A DNA stretch of 64,000 bases from Octopus vulgaris (GCA_951406725.2 OX597818.1:15066001-15130000), one strand, 5' to 3'; counted from the stretch's first letter, positions 39,601 to 52,718 are shown. Made by a program: numbers and translations. Notes: generated by a model from the letters alone, not told the origin.

Positions 39601-41680
39601 GGAAATTTCAGGCCCATAACTCTGTTGAACACAAAGTTAAAGATTTTGGCCAAGGTGCTAGCGAAAGGGTTGGCACGAGACGTGGACAGACTTGTGAGGG
39701 AAGCGCAAAGGCGCTATCCCGGGCAGGTCGATCCACGACAATTTCCACCTTATACTCTACACTTTAGAGAGGGTGAGGAAACTTTCTGGCGCAGGGAAGG
39801 GCACTGGTACATTTAGACCAGTCTAATGCATTTGATAAGGTCGACCATCGGTACTTGGCGGCAGTCCTCACCAAGGCTGGCCTGGGTCAGACCTTCCGCG
39901 GTTGGATTGCTGCGTTGAACAGCGATATCGAGTCTGTCATGAAAGTGAATGATTTCTTTGCGAAGCTATTCAGGAATGAGCGTTCAGTGCGTCAAGGATG
40001 TCCCCTACCTCCGCTTTTGTATGTACTGGCTCCTGAGCTATTGCTGCGGAAGTTGGAGGCACTAGGGGGCGCTCCACATGATCTATGGTATGGAAGAGGA
40101 GCTATGGCGTATGTGGATGACATCTCTATCATCGTGGTGGATGAGAGCTAGCTTCCAGTGGTGGAAAAGGCCATCAAAAGTTACCAGGCGGTGGCAGGAG
40201 CAAACTTAGCTCCTGGAGGAGCAAGCCGATGGCGTCCAATAACGTCGTGGGGCGTTGGACGGTAGGTTCTGTTAAGCTGCTCGGAGTCTGGATTGGTCCA
40301 GACCCCCCAAATAGAGAAAATTGGAGTGAGGTGGCCAGCAAGGTGACTACTCTAACCCATATCTAGTCTGGGCGGGCATTATCCTTGCTAGGGAGGGTGG
40401 AGGTGGTGCAGATGTTTATAGCATCAGTAATCACCTACCGTCTGACCGTGGTGCCTTACCCCGATTTGTTGCTGAACAAGTTGGAGAGAATCCTTTTCCA
40501 CTTTTTGTGGAAGGGAGGAAAGTCACTTGTGAAGTGCTCTGTCTGCTGCCAGAAGCCGCTAAAGGGTGGGTTAGGGATGCTTTGGCTGAAGATGCGAAAA
40601 TTCGCGTTACGGTTGAGGCACCTCTGGCTTTACCTGGTTGGAGAGCAGGTCTGGTCACCGCACGTTTGGTTCTATCTTCCGCAGTTAACGTCCTAAACGG
40701 ACATTGGTACATGGATCAAGCAGACACCTAGGCTGGGGTACTGACAATTGGAGTGCCGTTAGGCACTTCAGTTGCTCTCTCAGGCGGGCAATGCCGGCAG
40801 CAGGAGTTCTACTTCGGATTTTTATAGTGGGTTAGTGGAGATTATATTCGAAGACGCATTGTGGGAGACCCTGGTCTATGATGAAAATCAGTTAATGAAC
40901 CTGTTGAGGAGAGCTTTCGGGCCGGGATATCTGCATAATTACCAGAAATCCCTGGCTTGGCAGTGCTTCCGTGCGGCGTTACCTGTTCGCAATTAACTGT
41001 CAAGGCACGGAAGTGCCGTATCGCCGACATGTCCATGGTGCGGAGAGGACAGGGAAGCCGTCTTGCACGCATTTGTGAAGTGTCCGGAATTATCGGGACT
41101 GATAGCTTTCGCAGAACAACTGTTGTCATCGATGGAAAGAGTACAGCTATTAGCTAAGTCTATCATCGAGATTGCGCCGCCTCCTTCCATTAACAGGGAG
41201 AAGAAAGCTTGCTTTTCTGCGTAGTAGCCATACTGAAAGAAACAGAATGGAAGATGCGTATGAAAGGAATAGTGACGGGTACCTAAATGGCCAAGGGTTG
41301 GTCAGCTTTTTTAGTTACCACTTCAGCAGTAAAATCAGGCTGGGGTAGAGGTATCTGTCACAAGAAAGATTCGATAAAAGATGGAAGCTTGTGGCAAGAA
41401 AGCCGGGAGTGAGTGGCACCAGGTAAGTGGAGCCCCGGAAGAAAAGCAAAGGTTCCACACTCGTGGTCGGGTGCCTTTCCTTCAGGAGATGCATTACACG
41501 TGGCAATGTGAAATCATCGGATTTTAAATTTTTATTGTAATCGCAATTTTTAATCGCATTTCACCGTTCATTTAAAACAGAACTTTTAATCGACAAAGCT
41601 TCTTCACTCTGTTATGTTTGTCTGTCCTCGTTTGTCCCCTCTGTGTAATGCCTACATGGCAAATTTTTATGAAATAAAGA
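36679..41680 (+). mobile_element. L1/Tx1-clade LINE copy 1 (ORF1 ~36679-38080, ORF2 ~38108-41425), decayed
   Basis: ORF1 knuckle (S)YECGKKGHICFDC; APE MATLNLGCLNVRGL..TDH..GYWKLN; RT KSPDLDGLP, FRPITLLN, SVRQGCPL, YVDD; C-terminal CPWCGEDREAVLHAFVKC. Confidence 0.92.
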
Positions 41681-41693
41681 AGCTTGCTTCCCA

Positions 41694-44447
41694 TTGTACG
41701 AGGTGGTTCGTGTTTTTTGTACTGGTAGGATATTTTACTACTATTTCGTTGGATTTCTGTTTACTTGTACTGTTGGATTGTTACCATCGTTATTGTTGGA
41801 CTCTGTTTGAACTACTAATTTACGGTTTTACCGGGGAATAAAAATTGTTAATTAATATTTGTTTGGCTATTGTGGCAATATTTTTTACGGACATTTAAAA
41901 AAAAATTGTTGAACTGTGTTTAGTCTTTGCAGTCTAATTTTTGTGTCCCTCCCCTGAACGGGGGTGGGATTTGAACTGTTGTCCTCTGTGAGGGAAAAAA
42001 ATTTATAGGTTTCCCATTTTTTGGTGGAAAACCATTTAATTTAATTTTTGCGATTTGTTGCTTTATGGAGTTAATTTCGACCGAATAATGTCGGTCGAAA
42101 TAATTCATGAGAAATGTACTCTCGTAGAGAGTAATGCAGAAAGTGTTGAACCGATAAAAATGTTTTCGTTGGTTGACGCGGGGGCAACCGAAATTATTGA
42201 TGTCCCTGTGGATAGATTAAACGAATTTTTTGGAAGAATGAAGAAAGAGACGGTGATGTAAAAATATCACCCTCCTCCAATGTTAAAGAAACTGAACGAA
42301 AGACTGTAGTATTTAAATCTTTCTGTCCACAGAACAGAAGATTTAAGCACTTTGAAAAAGAAAAAATTGAGAAGTACCTGTCACCAATATGGAAAGACGT
42401 AGACTATATTGCAAGGGGACAAGCATGTGGAACCATTGAGGTCTGTTTTGCAACTGAAGAGGGGCCCGCGGGTACTCCGTGTGCCCCCTGAAGACAAAGC
42501 GTGGTGCTTCTGCCGACATACATGGGAAGACGCACTTCACGTGTGAGGGTGACAGAAGTACCACCGGAGATCGATCCGAAGGAGGTTATGGACGCCCTGT
42601 TGTTTAACAGGGAGGACAGAATAAAATTCCTCCAAATTACATGCTCTTCCCCTCCCCACCCCCAGAATTGGCTCGGGCAGAGCATTTCAGAAATTGTTCA
42701 GGGGTCGCAGGAGAATATTCAAATGCTTCCTGAGGCAGTGCTCGTGGGCGAGAATTTGGCCCTTAGAATTCAGGTGGAGAGTAGGAAGCCCACCTGTTAC
42801 GAATGTGGGGAAAAGGGCCACATTCGTATAGACTGTGAAGAGAGAGAAAAAAGAAAAGACAAAATGGCGCAGATACCAGGCCTTACACAAACCCCAAAAT
42901 TTGTCCCAAGCCTACACACACACATCAGTCCCCACACAAGTAAAAGTTCCCACTCCCCCAACTGCGGTGCCGGTCCCTAAACAAAACACCTCAAAAACCC
43001 AAACTTTGCACACACGAACCCCAACAAAAACAAAAATACCCGCCCCCTTGAATTTATTGGCACCAAAAGGAAAAAGTGCAACTCCCCCAGACGACACCAT
43101 GGAGGTAGCAGAGGAGGATTATACTGTTGTGCGAAAGAGAATGCATGCACCATCCACATCCATATCCCCTACAAAAAGTAATAAATGTTTAGCACCACAG
43201 ACAGGAAAAAAGACCCCACCCAGTTGTCCCAGAAAAAAAGATAAACCGGTGCTAATCGAGTTTGATACGCGAAATAAATATATAAATGACACTGGAAACG
43301 CACCACACGACAATATTATGCTATGCACAAGGACCTTAAGGAGAGATGTGCCAGGACAGGGGAAACTCTATACAGGCAATATGGAGAATTTTTGATCTGC
43401 CAAATTATCTAAAGAAGGAGGGGGGATGGGCTGACACACGTGTGGTGAGGTCAGCCCCAACGTCACCCGTAAAGAGTAAGTAATGACTGCACTTAACCTT
43501 GGTTGTTTGAATGTGCGTGGTCTGAATTTGAAGTGGAAGCAAGCTTTCTCGACGACCTCAGATCACACGATATACATGTAATGGTTGCTACAGAGACCAA
43601 ACTGGACAGTCTACAAACCTTTTCTGGTCTACGATGAAAATCAGTTAATCAACCTGTTCAGGAGAACATTCGGGTCGGGGTATCTGGATAATTACCAGAA
43701 ATCCCTGGCTTGGCAGAGCTTCCGTGCGGCGCTACCGGTTCGTGACAAGCTATCAAAGCAAGGAAGTGCCGTCTCGCCAACATTCCCGTGATGTGGGCAA
43801 GATAGGGAAATCCTCTTGCACGCATTCGTGGAGTGACCAGAATTATCGGGACTGATAGCTTTTGTCGAACAACTGTTGTCAGTGATGGGAAGAGTACATA
43901 TATCAGCTGAGTCTATTCTTGAGATTGTGCCACCTCCTTCTCTTAGCAGGGGAAGGAAGGCTTATTTTTTCTGCGTAGTAGCCATACTGAAAGAAACAGT
44001 ATGGAAGATGCGTGTGAAAGGCATAGTGACAGGTACCTTTGTCTCTGGTCAGGGGTTGGTCAACATCTTTAGTTACCACTTCAGTAGTCAGATCAGGCTG
44101 GAGTAGAGGTGTCTATCACGAGATATATTTGTGAAAAGATGGACGCCTGTGGTAAGCAAGTTGGGTGCGATTGGCACCAGGTAAGTGCATTCAGGATAAA
44201 AAAGTAAAGGTTCTAACCAGGTGGTCAGATGCCTTTCCTTTATGGAATCCACTGCAAATTGCAATGAACGTTAAATTTTTAAATTGTATATATTGTATCA
44301 TAAAGTGTATCATTATTCGTTAGATCATTTATCATTCGAGACTAATCTTTTAATCAATATAGTAGCTTCCTCACCCTTTTATGTTGGTCTGTCCTTGTTT
44401 GTCCCCTCTTTGTAACGACTTTATGGCAAATATTTATGAAATAAAGG
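41694..44447 (+). mobile_element. L1/Tx1-clade LINE copy 2, full 5' UTR and ORF1, ~2.6-kb deletion in ORF2
   Basis: ORF1 with CYECGEKGHIRIDC; ORF2 start MTALNLGCLNVRGL fused at ~43620 to sequence matching ~40870 of copy 1; TSD agcttgcttccca at 41681-41693 and 44448-44460. Confidence 0.92.
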
Positions 44448-44712
44448 AGCTTGCTTCCCAACCACATGGTTCCGGGTTCAGTCCCACTACATAGCATCTT
44501 TCACAAGTAGCTTCTACTATAACTTCGGGCCGACTAAAGCCTTATGAGTGAAGTTAGTAGACAGAAACTGAAAGAAGCCCTTCGTATATATATATTTATG
44601 TGTGTGTGTGTGTGTGTATACGTGCGTGCACGTATGTCTTTGTGACTGAGTTTGCTCTCCACACTGCTTGACAACCGATGCTGGTGTATTTACGTCCCAG
44701 TAACTTAGCGTT
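44448..44712 (+). mobile_element. Downstream part of the tRNA-derived SINE interrupted by the two LINEs
   Basis: agcttgcttcccaaccacatggttccgggttcagtcccact..gaaagaagccc. Confidence 0.85.
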
Positions 44713-44900
44713 GAAAATCAATGTAAAGTGTGAAATTGGTTAAATGTTTAAATATGACTTTAAAATATTTAAACTATTCTCAGTGCATTTTCAACTTCTA
44801 TTTTTCCTATATTTCTAACATACAAACACACACGCACACATATATGTATGTATATGTATGTGTATATATATATATATATATATACATATATATATAATAG

Positions 44901-45645
44901 AGTGTACATTTAAACATAAGGAATCCACTCGTGGGATTCAACACGCTACAAAGAACAGCTAGGTTCTATAACCACTAAATTAGGGATAAAATTCGACAGG
45001 AACGAAATGAAAAAATAAAAACATTTTACCATCTAGTTTCCTGGACCAATTGGTTTCTGATTTTAGTTTAGTAAATAAATAATATTTACTCGCTAGGGGA
45101 AATCTTTCTCAACAGGTACACCTTAGATTAAATATATAGACACGAGGCGATCAACTATGTGCCTCTTGTTTATACATCCTAATTTCCGAAAGGATTTTAA
45201 AAGTTGGCATTTTTTTATTGCCGGCGAAGGGCTGTGACTGTAGATTTTGAAAAAATTAGGCTGTATAAACAAGAGGCACATAGTTGATCGCCTCGTGTCT
45301 ATATATTTAATCTAAGGTGTACTTGTTGAGAAAGATTTCCCCTAGCGAGTAAATATTATTTATTTACTAAACTAAAATCAGAAACCAATTGGTCCAGGAA
45401 ACTAGATGGTAAAATGTTTTTATTTTTTCATTTCGTTCCTGTCGTATTTCATCCCTAATTTTGTGGTTTTAGAACCTAGTTGTTCTTTCTAGCGTGTTGA
45501 TTCCCACGAGTGGATTCCTTATGTGTTTAAATGTACACTGTATTTTATGAGTAATACATAGGCTTTGGACTAAATTTTTACACGTTGGGCCACTGGAAGT
45601 GAAAATTTCTATTAATTTCCATTTCCTTTTGATATGATTAAGTAT
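44901..45645. repeat. Fold-back element: ~285-bp inverted arms (44901-45186 / 45254-45539) plus ~100-bp tail, in (TA)n
   Basis: Direct reverse-complement match of the arms. Confidence 0.9.
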
Positions 45646-45962
45646 TATATATATATATGTATATGTATATATATATACATACATAAATATGCATATGTGC
45701 ACATATATATTTACATATATATATCTGTATATTCATACATAAATGTATGTATGCGTATATATATATACACACGTTTACACACACACACACACATTCACAC
45801 ATGTGTATACATGTATATATATATGTGTGTGTAAGTGTGTTTGTGTGTATGTATGTATATATATATATATATATACACGGGTGTGCATGATTGTGTATAG
45901 AATAAAATAATACTCAAAGAAATTCCAACTTTGATTTTCACATTTTATTTACAATCTTAATA

Positions 45963-46600
45963 TATTGGGTTGTTCCGAAAATAATGGCCGACTTCAGAAA
46001 CATAATTTTATTCTGGAAAAATTAACACTAGAAATGCTTTGATTAATCATAGTATGACCCGTGAACATCTATGCATCTCTGTCATCGATCAACGAGATTA
46101 TTTATGCCTCGTACATAAAAACTTGTTGGCTTTGATGCTAAGGAATCGTTGAAAGTTGATTCCGCCTCTGGTATGGACCTGAAAGTTTTATCACTTAAAA
46201 ACGTGTTTAAATGTTTAAAAATAGTAGTCAGTAGGTGAAAGATCAGGAGAATAAGGAGGATGTGGTAAAGTCTCGTATCCCAACTCCATGAGTTTCTGAA
46301 GCGTCATTTTTGCAACATGTGGCTTTTCATTATCGTGGAGCAGAATTGGGCCACGCCGATTCACCACTGTGGGTCTCATTTTTTGCAGGTGAGCATGCAT
46401 TTCAGCTAGTCGATTGCAGTAAACCTTTGCTGTAATGCTCTGATTGGCTTCCAGAAAGTTGTAATGGACAACACCAATTGAAGACCACCAGACAGTCATC
46501 ATAATCTTTTGCTGATGCAACTTTGACTTTAGGAAATGTTTGGGGGACTCATAACGATCAAGCCATTGACCCGATCGTTTACAGTTATCATAAAGCATCC
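45963..46600 (-). mobile_element. mariner transposon, 3' half
   Basis: WMLYDN, KIMMTVWWS, ILLHDNEKPH, HPPYSPDLSPTDY; TIR ttgggttgttccgaaaataa next to TA. Confidence 0.9.
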
Positions 46601-47520
46601 AATTGTAGAAGATGCGAATATCAGGAACAAACACCTAACAGAACTCAGAGAATTTTTGCTCAAACAAAAATACCCGTCTCTGCTTATAGCTCTACTTATG
46701 GCATACAGCGGACAATAAAAATACCCATACAACTGAGAACAACCCAAAGAAGAGGAAAACAGGAAAAGTCATTCCATTTATAGTAACACACAACTCATGC
46801 CACCAGAAGGTCATCAACATTGCCAAAGCAAACGTACCAATAATTGCTCAAAGTAATGAATTAAAAGATATAACAGATCGAGCTATGGTTCTTAGTAAAA
46901 GACAGCCTAAAAGCTTGAAAAAAATTATTTAAAAAAATTAACAAAGTCAAAGTTTGACCTTAGCAACAAAGACCAATCATTCACTGTATCCAAATGCAAT
47001 GATAGCCGAGGTGGCACATGCCAATTCATACATACCGGCCAATATATTAATACAAAAACCGGAAAAATATTCACAAACGCAAATGTGAACTGCAAAAGCA
47101 GAAATTCAATTTTGCTGCATCAAATGCCCGAATTGTGAAGAACTATATGTAGGTCAGACTAGAAATGCACTATCAGAACGTTCATGTGTGCACCGACAGC
47201 AAATTGGAGACCCAGATGTCCATCAGATACCTTTGAGTAACCGTCTAGCAACATGCAGTCGGAAAATATTAATATTTCCATTCTACAAACTAAACAGTCC
47301 AAGTGAAATTGAAATAAAAATCAGAGAAAAGAATTTTATCAATAAATTCCAACTCAAGCTAAATAAACAATAATACTAATACTTAGGGGTATTATTTCTG
47401 CTGCTACGACCATTACCACTAACAACAACAATACTAAAGGTGCTCATGATGACGATAGCAGGAAAGTCAATAAAATAATCATATTTTGGGGTTTAAAGTT
47501 CTATTACCACAGCTACTAGT

Positions 47521-47555
<35 letters not shown>

Positions 47556-47918
47556 TAAAGGAGATGATAATGGTGATGATGATGATTGAAAAGTAAAACT
47601 CACTGGGAAATGTTGCTTACAACATTTCTAAAAATAGCCCAACAATTACTACATTGGTCAGAGTCAAAATACACGTCACTTGACATCATCAACAAACCGA
47701 GACGCCTAAACCTAACACCAATCAACTTAAGTAATTTAGTAAAATCACACACCGATTGGTCAGAATAAATTATCATTCTGGAGCCTCTATACAAATGTAT
47801 TTGAGGCACACGGTCTATTCATCTCACTACAGTTGTAAATTGTAAAATATAACTGTCACCATTACTACATGAACTTGAAGATTGCATAGTTTAATGCAAG
47901 AAAGTACCAGTTCAATCA

Positions 47919-47920
<2 letters not shown>
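46601..47920 (+). mobile_element. Penelope-like element 3' part (thumb, GIY-YIG, 3' UTR with degenerate hammerhead at ~47870-47913)
   Basis: LTELREFLLKQKYP, IPFIVTHN, CCIKCPNCEELYVGQT..HRQQI; tgaac TTGAAGA ttgcat..atgcaa GAAA gtacca gttca. Confidence 0.85.
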
Positions 47921-47946
<26 letters not shown>

Positions 47947-47951
<5 letters not shown>

Positions 47952-48440
47952 AGATAAGAAAATGGAGAAATACATCTAAATCAAATATCAATTACCAGAT
48001 AATACTCAATCACATACTTTATTAAGCCACCACATAAGAGACTGTAGGGTTAAATATAAAAAGCCGAACAAATCAGTGTACATAAAGGAATGTACATAAA
48101 AAAGTGTACATAAAAGAGTAATGTTGTATAATAAGTAGAATATATATAAAAGAGAATATAGATACAAGTAAATATAAATATAAGTATAAATTTATACTTA
48201 CATTTATATTTATATTTACTTGTATTTATATTCTCTTTTATATATATTCTACTTATTATACAACATTACTCTTTTATGTACACTTTTTTATGTGCATTCC
48301 TTTATGTACACTGATTTGTTCGGCTTTTTATATTTAACCCTACAGTCTCTTATGTGGTGGTTTAATAAAGTATGTGATTGAGTATTATCTGGTAATTGAT
48401 ATTTGATTTAGATGTATTTCTCCATTTCCTTATCTTGTAT
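47947..48440. repeat. Fold-back element: ~240-bp near-perfect palindrome next to (TA)n
   Basis: atacaagataagaaaatggag.. vs ..ctccatttccttatcttgtat; centre ~48185-48205. Confidence 0.9.
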
Positions 48441-49074
48441 TAGTAATTTGTGGTAAATCATTTTACCTTTGCCCATATAATAAAGTAAATGAATTGATTG
48501 CATCGCAATCATTAACATTTATGTATTAACTTTGTTGGGTACTTCACTAGCAGTATATTGGATATATACTGCTTCCCATTTGCTTGGCAGGCCGCCATTT
48601 TAAAATGTTTTTGTTTAATAATGTTATTGTTTTTGTTGAATGAAATTTGTTGAAAAAAAAAATCCTCAGTAATTATGTACCAACCCAGTTTCTGACTTTG
48701 AAATCCATTCAGAAAGCTTTGGGTGACCCAAGGCTATAGTATAAAACATTTGCTCACGTGGACTGAACCCGAAACCATGTGCTTGGGAAGCAAACTTCTT
48801 ACTCAACATGCACGTGTTACGAATAGGCGAGCACTTTGTAACTGCTGCACATTGCAGTATACATATTGACTTTACCCTTCGTTTGATTGATTAATTAGTC
48901 AGAAGTACAGAACAGCTGGCTACCAAGCTATTCTTCTCAAAGCTAATATACATTTTCAGATTGTCGTAATACCAACTAGAGAATTTACATAGCGTGTTTT
49001 ATTTCCACAGAGAGCTTAAAGACCTAATAGCCTAAATTTGCTTTATTCCAATTATCCCTCGTGTGTGTGTATAC

Positions 49075-49105
<31 letters not shown>

Positions 49106-49198
49106 CATGCATGCATGCATGCATACATACATACATACATACATACATACATACATACATACATACATACATACATACATACATACATGCAAGCATAT

Positions 49199-49420
49199 GA
49201 GGGTGGTGCTGAAAAGTCCCGGCTAAAAGAATATCGTGAAAGTTCTGGATAGAAGTCCAGCCTCTCGGGTTCTTTTATAGGCCTTAGAAAAACTGAAGGA
49301 CTACTGCAATAAGTGTGTGAATCTGAGAGGGTAATATACTAATTATGAATAAAAGCATTATTAACTGATCCTCCTGTATTTTCTGTTACCCCAAGTCAGG
49401 AACTTTTCAGCACCCCTTCG
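49199..49420. mobile_element. mariner-derived MITE
   Basis: TIRs gagggtggtgctgaaaagtccc / ggaacttttcagcaccccttcg. Confidence 0.75.
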
Positions 49421-49422
49421 TG

Positions 49423-49476
<54 letters not shown>

Positions 49477-49481
<5 letters not shown>

Positions 49482-50244
49482 CTAAAAAGCAAGTTGTATG
49501 TGTGTGTGTTGTGTGAACCACTTCTACTCCTATAATTTTCAACCGAATTTCACCAAATTTGAGATGTGCACTCTCTTTGACTTAGGACGCTTTTTCTCAT
49601 AATTTTTTCCTCAAAATTCCGCGCCCGCAACATAAATAGACTACTCTCAATTCGCCTAGGATTTAGCTTCAGCCAGCATAAAAACGTGAGACTACAGGAG
49701 AAAGACAACAACGACTGGAGGTTACAACTCAGCGAAAGGCTGCACGACGTTCCTACTCAAGGCCATGTTCCTCGCGTTGGTCAATGACAGCATTCAACTA
49801 CGATCTTGCAATTGACTACGGTAATCACTCTGACTTTCAAATAGGCTACATGTCCGCAATCTGCCAATTTTGCCAAGCTAAAAACTGGCCTGGACAAACT
49901 CTCAGCATGTGCTGCTCCAACGGTAAGATTACAGTACCTCTTATACAAACTTTATTCTCATCATTTTCTCAAGCGGATACGTGCCTTCAACTGCGCGTTC
50001 CAAATTACTTCTTTCGGCGCCAACATCATACGAGATTGGCATTTTATGCCTTCCTTTATAGTGCAGGGGCAGATTTACCATAGAATTGGTTTCCTGCAGC
50101 CGCATGACGGTGCCTCGCCTCAGTTTCTTCAGGTCTACTTCGTGGGAGACTACGCTGACCAGGCATACTTAACAAAAGAAACCCAGGCAATATATATATA
50201 TATATATAACAAAAGAACCCAGGCAACGCCGGGTACGCCTGCTA

Positions 50245-50246
<2 letters not shown>
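49477..50246 (+). mobile_element. Internally deleted Helitron
   Basis: IGYMSAICQFCQAK..MCCSNGK and FIVQGQIYHRIG..PQFLQVYF (RepHel N-terminal motifs); 3' hairpin acccaggcaacgccgggt followed by CTAG; inserted in (TA)n. Confidence 0.85.
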
Positions 50247-50323
<77 letters not shown>

Positions 50324-50326
50324 TAT

Positions 50327-50367
<41 letters not shown>

Positions 50368-50386
50368 TATTATTATATATTATTTA

Positions 50387-50442
<56 letters not shown>

Positions 50443-50444
<2 letters not shown>

Positions 50445-52718
50445 AAAACAAAGAGAGAAGATGGAAATATGATTAATATAAACTTATTATTAGATTAACA
50501 AGACCCACAGTTGCTTCAATTCATCGCTTATAGCATAAAATCAATCAAATTTAATTTAATTTAATCAACTTGGTTAAGTAGTGCACGCGTAAGCCAGAAT
50601 ATCATCAGGGAAGAATGTACAAAGAACGTACAAATATAACATATTGAAAACATATTGAAAATATTAAAAAGCAAACAGGAAAAATATAATGTATCATTAA
50701 AATTAATACATAATATTAATATATATACATTTCTATTTAAGATTTCAAAGTATTTTAATAAGTCTTATTGTATTATATTGTATACTATATAACTACTGAT
50801 TGTTATTATAATTATTTAGTTGTTGAAGATATGTATGTAATTATTAGATTATAACTGTACGTTATTTGTAAGATATTACTTAGCCAAAGAGATATATAGA
50901 TCGTAAATAGTTATTAAATAGTTTTTAAAGTTAGGTTACTAGTTTATAATTTTATAATTTGATTTTAATCTTTGATTTTTTAATGTATCACATAAATATA
51001 TTATATTAATATTTAATATTTATGTAAGTAGTATTGGATTAATTAATTAATTTATTTTTCATTATGTGTCTATATATTTATTGATAGCGTAAATTTTAGA
51101 TTTTAATTACTATATTTGTTGATAATAATTTAGCTATTATTTTTTTAATATTTTACAATTATTAGATGTGAACTTAAATCTAAAAATATGAATAATGATT
51201 ATTTAGTTAAATAATTTGGTAATTAAATTTTGGACTATAACTGAGTTAAGGATATTCGTGAGTTTATTATGTTTTTTAAGCCATATTATATCTTCATAGA
51301 TATCTCTAATAGTGACTTTGTTCTCTTTATCTATTTAGCCAAAATATAGCCATTTTTCATTGATAATATTTATTCGTAATTTTCATTGATAATATTTATT
51401 CGTAATTTTCATTGATAAAATATATTCGTAGTTTTCATTGTTAAAAGAATTTTCCATCTGTTTATTATAATTTTAGTAAACCTTTTCTATTAAAGTTAAT
51501 TTAATAAGTTATGTTATATTGTATTGTATTGGATACTATATAACTACTGATTGTTAATTTGATTCTATAATTATTTAGTTGTTGAAGATATGTATTTCAT
51601 TATTAGATTATAACTGTACGTTATTTGTAAGTTATTACTTAGCCAACGAGATATATAGATCGTTAAATAGTTATACGGTTCTTTTAAGATAGGTTATACG
51701 TTTATAATTTGCTTTTTCATCTTTAATTTTTTAATATATTTCATTAATATATTATATTAATATTTAATATTTACGTAAGCAATAATGGACTAATTAATTT
51801 ATTTATTTTTCATTATATGTCTATATATTTATTGATACAGTAAATTTTAGATCTTAATTATTATATTTATTGATAATAATTTAGTTATTATTCTTAAATA
51901 TTTTATAATTATTAGATGTGAACTTAAATTTAAAAATATGAATAGTGATTATTTTGTTAAATAATTTGGTAATTAGATATTGACTATAACTGAGTTTAGG
52001 ATATTCATGAGTTTATTATGTTTTTTAAAGCCATATTATATCTTAATAGATAAATACATTTTTCTATCTATTTTTTACCTTAAAAATTAATATTTAACAT
52101 AATAAATGGGTTTTATGACATAATCCTAATGTTTTAAGTTTCTAATTTGATAATAGAGTTTTTTATAAGAAAAATTATTATTTTATTTATTTCTTTAAAA
52201 ATATTGTTTAACTCTATTTACTTATTTATTTAACTATTATCATTAACCTAAAGATTGACTACAATTTTAATTCGAATTTTTAATTGAATTTAAACTTAAT
52301 TGTAATTCGAATTGAATTATAGCCATGAAACGTACGTAGTGTTTTTACTTATTATATTATATTTAATTTTTTTAAATTTTTGGTTAGTTAAAAAAAATTT
52401 TTAAGTTTAAAAATTTAAAAATTCAAAACTTTAAAAATTTAAAAATATAAAAATATAAAAATTTATAAATATAAATTAAAAAATTTCAAATTTTAATAAT
52501 CTAAATTTTAAATTTTATATTTTATATATATATTGTATATTATATTAATTATATTTATTTTTTTGCTTTTTATGTTTTGGTTTATGTCTATCACTGTTTG
52601 AGTTGCCTAATAGTGGTTTTATCTCTAATTTAATTTATATCTATACTGTGAAATTTGATTTAATCCTAAATCTAATTTTTCCCTGTAAGTTTGGATATAC
52701 TCCCAAATAATATCATTA

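Noticed and set aside
50640-52600. Mitochondrial insertion (NUMT)
   Set aside because: No recognisable mitochondrial gene, tRNA or rRNA motif, and the terminus matches a nuclear repeat at 16522.
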